In this document: positions 25,077 through 39,637 of the stretch, one piece after another
How positions within the stretch are numbered: the stretch's first letter is position 1
How the letters are laid out: the number at the start of each line of letters is the position of its first letter
From: Octopus sinensis
Taxonomy: Eukaryota
Direction: 5' to 3'
Length of the DNA stretch: 64,000 bases
NCBI RefSeq assembly: GCF_006345805.1
Contig: NC_043015.1
Location: 21,638,001 to 21,702,000, forward strand
The notes under the pieces: generated by a model
Database searches by the model: none
Told to the model about the DNA's origin: nothing
Seen by the model: only the letters and a program-made list of their open reading frames with translations
Position numbers and translations under genes: made by a program

Positions 25077-26665
25077 CAGTACTCTGACTTTTATCACATG
25101 CTTCAGCTGCACTACCTAGCTCAGCTCTGTGTGCTTTGGGCATGTGCTCTGGTTTGTGATGATATTCTTACTGTTACTGTATTAAAAGTGTTTTAGGTAG
25201 GATGTGTGCGATGCATAGTAGTGCTATTTTCTGTATATTATATATACTTGTTAGTTCTAGTTTTCTTGTTATGTATTTTGCTGTATATTTTCTTATACCT
25301 AATGCACCTACTATTATAGGAATTGTTTCTGTTCTTAGACTCCACATTCGAATTACCTCTATTACCAGATCTTTGTATTGTGAAAGTTTCTCCGTTTCTT
25401 TTAGAGAAACATTGTCATCTGTTGTTATTGATACGTAGATTAGAAATGATCTTTTCTGCTTCGTCTCTGACAACTATATCCAGCCTATTGGCCTTAATTT
25501 CTCTACCTGTGTGTTTTGGCATATCCCACAGTATCGTTGCTTTCTCATTTTCTGTGACCTTTTCTCGCGTGTGCCTATAGCATTCTTTTTCGGTTTTTCC
25601 ATAATGTTGGCATAGCTTCCAGTGTATATAGGTCCCAACCCTGTCATGTCTGTAAATATATTCCTTTCTTACCTACGGCTGGGCATACAGAGACAATAAG
25701 ATTTCATGTTTCTTCTCCATTTTAACATATTCTGCAGTTAGTTGTTGTGTTTGTTTTCATTACATGCTTTTGGTGTTTTTTTGTTGGGAAAGCTTTTATC
25801 TTATGCTGCGATTAAAACTCCTTCAGTCTCTGCTTTTAAACCCTGATCATCTCAGCCATTGTTGAGATTTTGCTTTGTCTATTCATTTTCTGTTTAGTCG
25901 AATCCATTATTTGCCATGGGTAGGATTTCCGTTGCTGTTCCAGTTTCAGTTTGGATTTCATTTGTTTTACAGCTTTTGTTGTTTCTTCTTTTTCTTTGTA
26001 CTTGTTAGGTACCATGACTTCTTTTTTGTATTAGTCAGATTTCTTAAAGATAGAAAACAACTTTTTGCTTTGCTTGTGATTTGTGCCTATTTGTATTAGT
26101 TTCCTGGCTTCTGAAGTAGTAATTTTTGTAGTCCAGTGGTGATTCTACAGTAGCCTTTTAACTGTATAAGGCCTCTACCACATTCTATACGTTGTATATA
26201 TAACATTTCAACATCATATTTTGTTTGGTGCATCCTAAATCCTGTATTTATTTTTCTTGTTTCCGTGTCTATTTTGATTAGTTTATTTAGAGTCCAATTA
26301 AGAATATTGTAGCTGTAACATAATTGGGATGGCTACAGTGTTGCTACATATTGTGTGTTTTTCGCATTGTGTTCTGTTTTCAGTATTAATCTTACTCGTC
26401 TATAGTATTCTTGTCTTCTTTTTCATTTGTGTGTGTTGTATCGTATCTAGTTCATCGATTCCTAATTAATTGTAAGTCTGGCTTACATTTCTCTTATTTC
26501 GTTTGCTTTATCTAGGGTGATGCTGCTACTCTTAACTAGTTTTCCTCTTTTCAAGGTTGCTTTGGCACATTTTTCTAAGCCAGATTTCATCTTTATTTCT
26601 TTCGTGAATCCATGTACTGCCTTGCAGTTGTTCATCATTTCTAGCGTTCAGTTTTAGATCATCCA
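25077..26665 (-). mobile_element. Second R4/Dong-like LINE, 5'-truncated, more decayed
   Basis: FLIYVSITTDDNVSLKETEKLSQYKDL..TETIPIIVGALG; upstream LHGK and MKSGLEKCAKATLKRGK motifs; (TAA)n tail at 25036-25076. Confidence 0.8.
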
Positions 26666-26840
26666 TACATAAGAGGTGGCAGATTGTTTTGCCGTGACAG
26701 CTGTATCTACATCCAGCTCTGTTTAGGATGTCAAATAATTGTTATCATCAGCATCGTCATCGTCGTCGTCGCCGTCGTCGTCCTCCTCCTCCTCCTCCTC
26801 CTCCTCATCATCATCATCATCATTATCATCGTCATCATCG

Positions 26841-26898
<58 letters not shown>

Positions 26899-26899
<1 letters not shown>

Positions 26900-27360
26900 G
26901 CCTTTGCACAGCTTCTAACGCTGGAGATGTACTACAGTGTCAGCTGTTCACTACCAGTGAAGTAAGGAAACATCTTTTATTTTTCGAGCACTTTCTCAGT
27001 ACTCGAGCCGTTCCAAGCAGTGCTGCTTACTGCAAGTGCTTCAACTTTCTTGCAGCCCCTATTTTTTCCATGTACTTCTCGGGGATTTTGCCCACTATTC
27101 TCAGGACTTCGAGAATTATTGGTACTACTGCCACCTTTTTCATCGATCACAACTGCTCTACTATCCCAAGCTCTACTATCCCAAGTCATATCTCTCGACT
27201 TTTCCTTTTTCCTTATCGCATACCTTGTTGTCAGCTTACGTAGATATGGTTTAAAGTGGACACTCACACATACGTAAGAATGATTGCACCCATGAATACA
27301 AAAGAGAGATGTGTTGGTGCAAACATAGAAGAATCGTACATGTATCTCCGCTTCCACATC
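26899..27360 (-). mobile_element. 3' fragment of a third, divergent R4/Dong-like LINE
   Basis: Minus frames give KYMEKIGAARKLKHLQ*AALLGTARVLRK, an RLE C-terminal motif. The 3' end runs into (TAA)n. Confidence 0.6.
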
Positions 27361-27572
27361 TTCATTTATTCATACTGACATATGTACGAAAGTAAGGAAA
27401 TATCTTTGCTTAAGCCTTATTGCTTTGTTAGTGTGCGGGTTATATTCTTCAAAGAAGAAAATCCAAAATCCAAGGACACAAAAGATATAAACATACATAT
27501 GCACACAAACACACATATAGATAAATAATGCATAAATACATATATACATACATACTTACATACGTACATACA

Positions 27573-27689
<117 letters not shown>

Positions 27690-28528
27690 GTGAATGGTTA
27701 TTCATTGAACCACGTGACTTCCATACTGCAATAGGCGTTTGAAAACCATCTTTGTGTAATATTAATTCCTTATGAATATACAATTGTATATTCATAAATT
27801 AATGCATCGTTCGTCATCCGATCTGGGGAACATCATTGTTACTCAGTGGAGTGTTTGCCGAATCTGCCAGACGAGCTTTCTGAGATCGCTGCACAGTTCC
27901 TCTAAATCCTCATCTTATGATACACATTTACAGACTATCTTCCTACCTACCCACCTACCTACCTACCTACCTACCTACATACCTACCTACCTACCTACCT
28001 ACCTACCTACCTACCTACCTACCGACCTACCTACCTACTTATCTACCTAAACACCCACCCACCTATCTACACATCCATGTACCTACCCACCCACCTAACT
28101 AACTACGTAGCTATCCACCCACCTACATACATACATACAGAAACACATGTATACATAAATACGCCCATAGACACCTATATAGGCACCCGTATATTGTCTA
28201 TTTTCTGATTTATCTTCGAGACAAACCTGTTCGTTTAATACGAATAATTTGTGTTGTGAAATATTTAATTCATTGAAGCTTCTATAGTAATAGCCGTCGA
28301 GGTTAGAATCAGAGACTGGACAAAGTTTAGAAGAGTGGTATTTTATAGGAATTACTCGTTATAGTACCGGGAATTAAATTTTCACAGTGGATGAACATCA
28401 AACGATATATTCTGTTTTAATAGAGGCTGGTCTTTATTGTATCAAGTATTTCTCTTACATCGACATATATTCCTCTCTATATATATTCTAAGCTTGGTTT
28501 CTCTCACAGTATGGATGAATACACACAC

Positions 28529-28605
<77 letters not shown>

Positions 28606-28711
28606 TTATATATATGTATATTTTATGTAAATATGAACGTATCCATCTCTCTCTCTCTCACTCTCTCTCTATATATATATGAATGTGAATGTGTAGAGAT
28701 ATTTATACGCG

Positions 28712-28753
<42 letters not shown>

Positions 28754-31700
28754 CGTGCGTGTGCGTGTGTATAGGCATATACATATATATTTATATATAT
28801 GTGTGTATATAAATATGTATATATTTTTATGTGTGTATATATATGTATATATATATATATATAGTTATGTATTTATATACACACATACACATACATACAT
28901 CGTCTGAGAGTCAATTAGTCAGGAAAAATGCACCCGTATATCTATCAATAGATTGGGTATATTAATCGAAGTGTACAATATTAGATATCCATAAAGGTAG
29001 ATCTTACCAACCGGTTTTGTGCTAAGGATTTAACTGAGTGTTAGGTAACTGTCTGATTATGTGTCCCAGCACTCAACAGAGGAAGCTTTTATTGAATGAA
29101 ATAACGGCTATCTCTGATGAGCGCAAGTTATATAATCAAACTGTTGCATAATATTATGTTGAATCCCCAGTCCGAAACCGAACGATAATATCGACTGCAA
29201 TGAATATATAATACTGTACACTTCGTTAAATATATATTGACACACACACATACACCCCCCCCCCACGCACACCCACCCACCCACACACACATATATATCA
29301 TTCGTGTGTATGAATGTACAGCTCATTGACCAGAAAGAGAAGACAACATGCGAGAGAGAGAGGGACCAGATTTACCGAATAATCTATTACTTTCAGAAGG
29401 AAAATCGTGACAATTTGTCCTTCATTAGAAAAAAAAACAAAAACAAAAGAATAAAATTTGACAATGAGAAGGAAAATTGAGAAGGAGAGGAACATAATTT
29501 TGCGGGATGAGATTGAAATCAGTAGACAAAAATGAAAGAAAACTGAAGGACAAGTTTCAATGAATGTGTGCTGGTTTCTCTGTAATTGAAGCAAATTTAA
29601 CTTACGTATCATATTGAATACATAAGTCGCTATCTATTCCATTGACATATGTAGCCATGACATAATTCTCAAGTATGACATATATGTAAACGCTAAATAT
29701 TAGTGCTATATGTGCTATTCCTACGACAAGTACATTTTCAATTACCTATATTTTAGAGCTAAGTCTATAATCCTATCATGTGGTGCTATGTAGTTAGATA
29801 TGGTCTGGACCAATCTTTAGTTGAAACATATCTAAGTTTTATCATATCGAATTTCTAAGATATCATATCAAAGCCATGATTTTTTATGATTGCTAATGAA
29901 GCTGTTTAAACATTGGATCATACTCTGTACCATCGTATTAAATTTGTTCGGTAACGGAACCTCGGATTTACATATTGCATACAGTATTGTTATCTGACGG
30001 TCTACGTGAATTGCAACGTCTTTGACTGGACAATTGATCAAAGCATTTCTTTCCCGTTTCTATCGCTGTTATGTAGGTTATATTTTATTATATCACAGCT
30101 TGATACCGTGTGCACTGAAACCCTCGTTGACAAGTTGATGATCTGAAACAGAGTGATAAGTATTTAGAGGAAGCAATGTAGTAGCATTAGTTATTTGAAG
30201 TTACTGGATTTCCCGTGCATATAAACAGAGTGGCCAATATGTTGTTTTTTTTTTGGAATTGGTCAAGTGATAACAACCTAATAATGTTCGAAAATCGATT
30301 CAAGCTGCACCTCATTGTTTCCATCAGCGAAGAAATTGTCAAATTGGCTCTGTTTGTATGTTTGTACATCTTCAACATAGATAAACAGATACGCGCGCAT
30401 ATATGTGTACATATGTATATATGTATGTTTAGTAGCGTGTATGTGTATGTATGAGTAAATATTATGTAAGTATAAGTATGTATGTTTGAGTAAATATATA
30501 CACACATACACACACGCATACACACACTTTTGTTTGTATCAGTCAAGTTTGACGCCCGTCTCAATGTTTCACTTAGCCTAGAGCTTACCACTTTCATTTA
30601 CTCTAGATCAGTCGCTCTCATATCTCTGATAACTTCAAATATTTAGCTGGCTTCGTAAACCGAGTTTCCTGTGTTGTGTTAAAACTTCAAAACGTTTAAC
30701 GAAAGAAGTAAAAACAAATGTAGAAGAAATTCTACGAAGTTTAGCACCAACAAATTGCAGCATTGAAAACAAAAATACACAGATGGATTGCTGAAGGTTA
30801 TAACATTTAAATTATACAAGCAACCTTTGCTTGCTTTTTTTTCTCCCAGGTAATAACGTGTTATGTTTGTATTTACGCATTGCTAGACTATTCTTAAGGC
30901 TGTTTTATTCATCGGAGTAAACATATGTATTTGGTTCTTAGGATTTACATTATTATCAACAATTACAAGAGGGAAAATATTTTTTTCAGATGATTGGAAA
31001 AGAAGACAGATTCTGAAAAATATCTTGAACGTATAATCTATTGAATTGACCTAACTTTATACAATGCAATTATTATATAGAACCCAATTTACTGTACAAT
31101 ATAATATGACTTTACATGTTCTGCCACAAGGGTTCAATTTAAGAATATATAAGTTAACGAAAATAATCAGTACATCATGAAACACAATCAGTGAATAGAC
31201 CGAAATGGCTTACGTGCAGGTGAAGACAATTGAGCAAATTGCGATGAAGAACAAATTCTCACAACAACGCCATCAAATAACCCTAAAGAAGAAACGTAAA
31301 AGGAAATAGGATAAATAGTTTAGTTTTGTCTTTTGCATTTTACTTTTTCAATCATTGGACTCTATCGAACTCACTCACACGCCATTGGTCTACTTTGGAC
31401 TATAATAGAAGATACTTGTTCAATGTGCCGCGCAGTGACATTGAATCCAACCGCATGACTGCAAATCGACCACCTTAAGCATAAAAGCCATTACTTTGAA
31501 AGATAAATTGGTGGCTGTTGAAAACGATTCTTCTTTTAACAAGACATTGTCAGTGTGAAGGTTCAGATTGTATTTAAGAGATTAGTCTGTCTAATATAAA
31601 ACGTAGGCGGTACTGAGCTTATTTATTTTGAACATCTCTCCATGTGAAGTGTCTCTTTGAGGACATTGCATAATTCTGACATTATTTACAGTATATGAAT

Positions 31701-32450
31701 AAACCGACTCTGTTATGTCTGCTTGAATATGTATTCTGATTTTGCCTAAGACTGGTCAGCCAGAAGCTATGATATCGATTATATTTTACAGCTTTTAGTG
31801 CAAGTCCTCAGAGTCAATGTTGCAAGATTGATGTATCCATTTATGCCAGGTTTGTGAAGAATTGGTCATGCAGTGTATTTGTGGTAATTATAATCTCTAT
31901 GCAACGGCCTTTGAGGTGGTGTATATACTAAATGATGTCATTATTGTTTTCCTGTCTCGTCCTGATATTTCACTTAGCTTCCAGTTGAGAATATCGTACG
32001 TTATTACTGAGGAAGTTAAATTATTTAGTTATATTATCTTCTTTTTAACATTTAGTTCAATTTTATGTATTAATCTAATGCGTCTGTAATGTGGTTTCAT
32101 AAATATTTATCTTTCATCCATATGTGTTGTTCGAGATCTATTGATTTCTATGTAAGTCTAAGCTGACTTTTATCGAGTCACTTGTTGTTCCTTCAAATCG
32201 TATATATTCCATTTCACTTTTGATTGGTGCGTAAAAAAATATTACTTCCATGCTAATTTCCCTACTCACTCATGCACCACATATAACAGGGATTCCGCGT
32301 TTTGGTAACATGCTGCAGTTATTCACAATGTATATACATACGAACAGACATACATAAGCACAATTTTGTCACGTATATATAAACTCATACTTACACATAT
32401 ATAAGAGGCTTCATATTTAGCACCCTTTATATACTGTAGACAACTCCACA

Positions 32451-32497
<47 letters not shown>

Positions 32498-32506
32498 TAT
32501 ATGTGC

Positions 32507-32547
<41 letters not shown>

Positions 32548-32650
32548 AGAAAGGAGAAAAAGGGTAGGATAGAAATATAGATTGATAGCTAGGTAAAGAT
32601 ACATATACATATATATCTGCATACATAAATTCTTATATTTATACATGCAT

Positions 32651-32681
<31 letters not shown>

Positions 32682-33039
32682 AAGTAAATCCAAACATGAA
32701 ATCCCGAAGAGAAAACACAACAAATCGAGAACGTAAAACAAGTATATATATATATATATACACAATATATATATATATAATCACAAATAAACATCAGCTC
32801 TAGTTGTGTAAAAAATACACGATTCCGAGTGCTCACTATTTGCATGTAAGTTCCAGACTAGTGATTCCTTTCCTTTCGAGATGATCCAAGTACATGCAAT
32901 TGATAGGCTACAATCGGGCCGAAATATTGAAATCTACTATTCTCGATGATTCCGAGGCGAGTTGTATCGGCTAATAGATTGATAGATAGGTAGAAAAACA
33001 CACACACACACCACACACACACATATATATATATATAAA

Positions 33040-33345
33040 GGTGCATGGCTTTAGGGGTTAGGGTATTCGGCTTGCGAGCGTAGAGACGTGAGTTCGATTC
33101 CAAGTGGCACCTTATGAGCAATACACATTATTTCTAGTTCCTCCAGTGCGCTCACCAGGCAGAATTGAGCAGTTACTATTTTTTTGAGGGCCAGCATTCT
33201 CATATTATATGTCTCGCTGCATCTCCTTGAGAATTACCTGAAGGGGTATGCCTGTTCGTGGGGGAGTTCTCATCCACTTGCACGATAATCTCTCGAGAAA
33301 ACTCTTCCATTGATCGGATCAACTGGATCCCTCGTCGTCGTAAGC
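33040..33345 (+). mobile_element. SINE family A, diverged copy
   Basis: GGTGCATGGCTTTAGGGGTTAGGGTATTCGG..GAGTTCGATTCC head and GATCGGATCAACTGGATCCCTCGTCGTCGTAA tail, homologous to 3511-3840. Confidence 0.65.
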
Positions 33346-34110
33346 TTTCTTTAGCACTCATCGTCGTGTAGGGAACATTTCCTTGGCGCCGCCCCGCAAC
33401 TAATTTCTCGTATATTCAAAACACGTAGACCGACCGATAACCTTTTCTCTACCGGAGTTGATTTGAATTCAAAATTCAGTTCAGTTACCGAATATGTTAC
33501 AGTGATTTTAATGCATTTAGAATGAGTCATTTCTTCAGCTGATTTATTTTATGTAACAGCGTGAAAATTTAAAGAATAAGAATAAAAATTCTCTTGTAAA
33601 AATGCAGTAAATATCACTCATTGTGTTTCAGACCTACATTTAGAACCTCATTCTCAAGAAAGTAAATTGCGAAGCTTAATCATCTAGCTACACTTGCAGC
33701 TGATATATATTCTGAATTGGTTACTGTAAAAACTACCAACGTAGAATTAAGTCAAAAGGTCCAATATATCGTGGCGCGTAATATTTTATACTACTTCTAA
33801 GAAAGGTTATAATTGCTAAGAGTAATTAACACTAATTAGTGCTGCTACATATAAGTACTTTTAAGTACTTATAAGTTTACACACTATTCGATAATTAGTT
33901 AAATCGATTGCATTATATGATGATATCAGTGTAGATCCTGGTTCTTCGATGGCGTCTCCTTTGTGAATATACATTATCACTTAAGATATAGCGCTTATAT
34001 GTATGTGTTTGCTGTAATTCGAGGAAAGATTTGTGTGCTGTTCATAGCAAGACGTATGTATTTTTCTCTTTTTTACTCATTTGTTACCCATCGTGTCTCG
34101 TATCAGGAAG

Positions 34111-34197
<87 letters not shown>

Positions 34198-34226
34198 GTC
34201 TATCTATATCTAAATATCCATATGTA

Positions 34227-34294
<68 letters not shown>

Positions 34295-34322
34295 ATGTGT
34301 GTGTGTGTGTGTGTGGTGTGTT

Positions 34323-34358
<36 letters not shown>

Positions 34359-36149
34359 TTATGAGAGGTAATGGTGTCAAGAAGACCCAAATTTATCTGG
34401 TAATGCTGAGTAATTGCTACGGACAGACTATAGTTAAGGTCTAGGTTCGGTGATTTTGCGAATGAGGAGACCAACGTAGGTCATATATTAGCAATAACAC
34501 TGTTTACAAGCTCTATGCTTGGAATGACCAATTTTAAATACTATTGAAACTTACACACAACGTACAGGAAACTTATATGTATACCATTTTGCTTAAATAA
34601 TGGAACTGCAGATAAAATATCCCTGCATATCTCACGTCTGTTTTCATTCCTTCACTTCACTGTCTATTTTATGTCTTCTCTAGAATAACTATTGCTTAAC
34701 CATTTTCTCGCACCGTCTCCGATGAAGGGATATATAAAATATCCTGGAAACAGCTGTAAGACGTTCTCTTTATAAATGTTCTGAAAGTTCTCAGAGCCTT
34801 GGATTTTCATCTCATTCTGTTAATTTTATATATATATATATATAAATATATAGATATATATATATGTCTATCTATGTATCTATCTCTCTCTATCTCTTTC
34901 TCTCTATCTATCTATCTGTATAAACACACACACACACGCACACACACACTCATATACAATACAGTGAGTAATTCCTTTTAGTACCACTAAATTTAACCTC
35001 TCTCCCCTGTGGATATGGAAATAACTTACCTAATATTAATATTAATTATATATATAAATATATATATTTTACTTCGAGGATATATACTTATCGGGATGAA
35101 ATCTTTCTAGTTACACTGCTTTCATACCCTATATTTACGAAAAAAATTCACATCAATACAAGTGAGTATATTAAAATGTAGAATATGGTAAACAAGAAGA
35201 AAATGGAGAGTACATAGATATAATTTAATTTATTAATCTGACATATAATTCATTAAAATGCATACAAATGTTTCATTTTTACTCAACACTAATTACAAAT
35301 TTATAATAAATAAAAAGAAATTTTCATTAAGAATATTATACGAGTAAAATATCATCACGGCTAATAGACATTAAAAGATTATATGTTGTTAGGTTAAGAT
35401 TTTATAACGGACTGAACTGAAGAAAAAGAAATCAATATGTCCGTTATAAATGTTTACGTCTATAGATTTTACTAATTTGTGCCTGTTTGTGTATGGATAT
35501 TTGAAAGAATAAACGAATTCGTTAATTTATTCATGCTGTTGCGTTAGTATTAAAAAAAAAGTAAAAATAAAAGCATAAATACATGTATATATATATATAT
35601 ATAGCAAGAGAAAGAGAGACATAGAGAGCTAGGTATACTCACACACACACACGCACACACACACACACATATATATATACATACGTATGTATACATATAA
35701 AGATATATGAATGCGTATATGCGTGTGTGAATCAACAAGCACGTAGCGAACTAAAAGTACATACAGCGCTTTGTAACGTATTCATGATGAAATTCAATAC
35801 TATTTTTTAAAGATTGGTATGTGTTTTTACGTATAAACAATAGGTTATATATACACAGTTGTGCCGTGTATCTATATATAAATGTGTATAATATATACAT
35901 ACACATCTATGTATACATACACATATAAGTGTGTGTCTTTGTGCATGTATATACACGTCCATCTTCACACACACACTTCTTCCCAAAAATGTATGTATAA
36001 TATAATATAGATGCATTTATTCAGATTCAATATGTATGAAATATTACATACAGTTCCCATCATTGTAATTTGTTATAAAGAAATACTAACGCATATATGG
36101 AGAAATAGTTCCTGAAATTTCTATACATTCTACATTCATACGCAGATGC

Positions 36150-36191
<42 letters not shown>

Positions 36192-36247
36192 ATATTTGCA
36201 TATACGTATGCATGTATATAGATGTGTGCATATATACGTATGTATGC

Positions 36248-36291
<44 letters not shown>

Positions 36292-37342
36292 TGTGTGTGT
36301 ATTTATGGATATATCTATATTTATTACTATATATGGGCACGATGCACATATATAATCTTACCCCATCTCCTTGGAATGGGATAAAACTTTTACAAAAAAA
36401 ACAGAATCAACAAATAACGCAATGTTTTTGGACTTTTTTTTCTCTATGTAATATTTCATACATATTGAATCTTATATATGAACATTAAGATTTATTTCCA
36501 TCAGTGACTTGTTGATTTATTTCAGAAAGGGACACACATACACTCAGATGTATAAAAATGTAAATACATATAAACACTGGAAGGAAAAATAGTTTGTATT
36601 TGTAACAAGGTTTAAATACTTATTAATCAAATATCATTCTATGCAATACATTTCTGTCAATTTTGCATTATGTATAAAATCGTCGCAGGTATTGTAATGC
36701 TAGACTCTTCGAAATTGTTTAAATCTTAAGAAATTCGGTGATCGATTGTATTTCCTATAGAGTAATAGACAGAGAAATGCTCATTCGTCGCACGCAATCA
36801 TATTCACCGATACAGCCATTCTTACGACGAGTACAGACCTTAAAACCCAGAGACGCACATGTGTATATATGAATATAGACACATACATGTGTATGCATAT
36901 GCCCAGACTGTCAAAAAGTTTCCATATAGACGTGTACATCTTTCCCTCCTAAATGATATTATATATATATATATCATACATATAAACATGGATATACATA
37001 TACATACAGTCATACATGTGCATATATAAATATGTATGTATATATATATATACATGTTTGTATATAATATATATATATAATATATATATATATATATGTA
37101 TGTATGTATATATATTCATATACATATATACATGTGTGTGCGTTTGTGTCTGTATATCTGTGTGTGTGTGTGTGTGTATACATATTACTTTGTGTATTTA
37201 CTTTTTTCCATGATAGATTGAATATAGTTTTTCAAAAAGAGTACTCACGAAAAGAACAGACAGAGACAACTGACATGACACATGGGCTCACACACAACGC
37301 TAACAGAAGTACTACACACCAGACCACAGGTACATATATGCA

Positions 37343-37409
<67 letters not shown>

Positions 37410-37957
37410 GGGAGATAGTAAGACAGATAAATAGATAGCTAAATAGATAGTTAGGTACATACATACGCAGGCATATATTTATATATAAGTTTGAATACAC
37501 ACAAACACATCCTCACATAAATTCATCGAAACACACACACATATATAATCATAGATAGATAGTCTTTGGAGATATCTTCTGATATGATTAACGGAGTCTC
37601 TTGTATTTTTTCTTCACAATATTCTTTCTAGATTGTTAGCATATCTTGCTTTGTTGGAACAACAGATAAGAGACGGGTTTGATGAATTGCCAAACATTCG
37701 TATACAAGAAAAACAAAACTGAGCATAGTTTATTTTCTACTGACAAACGAACGTCTTATTTTGAAATAATACACATGGTATTCATAAGTACAACATCCAC
37801 ATACATACTTATGATTGACTGATTGATTGATTCTAGTTTCAGCTCATGAGCTATGGCCATGCTGGGGCACCGCCATTGGGGTGCCACAGCATATATATAT
37901 GTATATACATAGATATTTATATTTTATATATATATTTATGTTCATGTTTATATATAT

Positions 37958-38008
<51 letters not shown>

Positions 38009-38136
38009 ACAATTTAGGAGTGACCTTAACAGGCCATTCGCGTCCACCAGAAAGAGCAGCCATAGCTCACTCACCCCACCGCCAAGTAGTAGTAATTCAG
38101 AATTAGGTGAAAATTTAAAACATTACCCTAAATCAT

Positions 38137-38230
38137 CTTTTGACGATGCATCGTTTCTGTGTATAATGATTAATTTCTTAATTAAATTAAATTAAGCTAA
38201 TCTACATAGGTCACACTTCATCAGTAAAAA
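38137..38230 (-). ncRNA. Type I hammerhead ribozyme, copy 1 (small indels)
   Basis: Minus: TTTTTA-CTGATGA-A-GTGT...(long AT-rich arm)...ACAC-A-GAAA-CGATGCATCG-TC-AAAAG. Confidence 0.7.
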
Positions 38231-38723
38231 ACCTGGGAGAGACAAAATATACACGAGGCGTCTGTATCGATGCCTCCGGAATATCTGTCTTAAAATTTCA
38301 AGACCCGACGTTATTCGCGCCAAACTTATCAGCAGTAAATATAACCTGCCGATTCAATCTCAGAATTAATCAGAAATTATCATTAGTCAATTTAGGGTAG
38401 CAAAAAATTCAATAGAAATTTATCGCTACCAGCGGCCTAGTGGAAAAGAGAAAATAGTCAAAGACTATTATATAATATAACAATTAGAGTGACCTTACAG
38501 GCCATTCGTCCACCAGAAAGAGCAGCATAAACTCACACCCCGCCAAGTAGTAGTAATTCAGAAATTAGGTGAAAATTTAAAAACATTTACCCTAAGAGAT
38601 TGAATCGGCAGGTTATATTTACTGCTGATAAGTTTGGCGCGAATACGTCGGTCTTGAAAATTTAAGACAGATATTCCGGAGGCATCGATACAGACGCCTC
38701 GTGTATATTTGTCTCTCCCAGGT

Positions 38724-38817
38724 TTTTTACTGATGAAGTGTGACATATGGTAGATTAGCTAATTTTTTAATTAGCTAATTTATCATTAATAACACGAAAC
38801 GATGCATCGTCTAAAAG
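38724..38817 (+). ncRNA. Type I hammerhead ribozyme, copy 2
   Basis: TTTTTA-CTGATGA(38730-36)-A-GTGT...ACAC-GAAA(38796-99)-CGATGCATCG-TC(38811)-TAAAA. Perfect core, 12-nt palindrome ACGATGCATCGT as stem III, stem I TTTTA/TAAAA. Confidence 0.88.
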
Positions 38818-39604
38818 ATAGTTAGGGTAAATGTTTTTAAATTTTCACCGAATTTCTGAATTACTACTACTTGGCGGTGTGAAGTTATGGCTGCTCTTTC
38901 TGGTGGACGAATGGCCTGTTAAGGTCACTCCTAAATTGTTATATTTATATTTTAGTCTTGACTATTTTCTCTTTTCCACTAGGCCGCGGTAGCGATAAAT
39001 TTCTATTGAATTTTTTGCTACCCTAAATTGACTAATTGAAAAAAAAAAAAAAAATATATATAATTATTGTTGCATTCCGGGAAAGTCATTTTGCTTTTCT
39101 TTTCTTTGCCAATAAACACACGCACAATATATTCGTTCCTGATTACATCCGGAATCTTAAAACACAAATTTATAAACTGATGTATATATATAACAGCTGG
39201 AACAAAGACACATACAGTAGGGGTGATGTGAAACATCCGAGACTGAGCAAATCTACAAAACCTAGATGGTGATACAGCATGACCACAGCCGCCTGGCTAA
39301 AACGAGTAAAAGATTAAGGTCATATACACATATTATTTCCTACTCTAGGCACAAGGCCCTAAATCTTAGGGAAAGGGGCCAGTCGATTAGATCGACCTGA
39401 GTACGCGACTGGTACTTAATTTATCGCCCCCGATACGATGGAAGGCAAAGTGGAATTTAGTGGAATTAGAACTCACAACATAAAGACGCACGAAATACTG
39501 CTAAGGATTTCGCCCGTAGTGCTAACATTTCTGCCAGCTCGTCGCCTTTATACACATATATATTAATATATGTATTTATTTTTAATGAGTCTCTTCCTAA
39601 AAGA

Positions 39605-39637
<33 letters not shown>

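Larger units (their letters stand above)
38006..39036. mobile_element. Tandem/inverted array of a non-coding, hammerhead-containing unit of about 470 bp (retrozyme-like or PLE pseudo-LTR-only)
   Basis: Full unit 38006-38475, partial repeat 38476-38595, then an inverted circularly permuted unit 38596-39036. Confidence 0.75.

Noticed and set aside
29110-29190. CTGATGA followed by a distant GAAAC
   Set aside because: No pairing for stems I-III and no NUH triplet in position.
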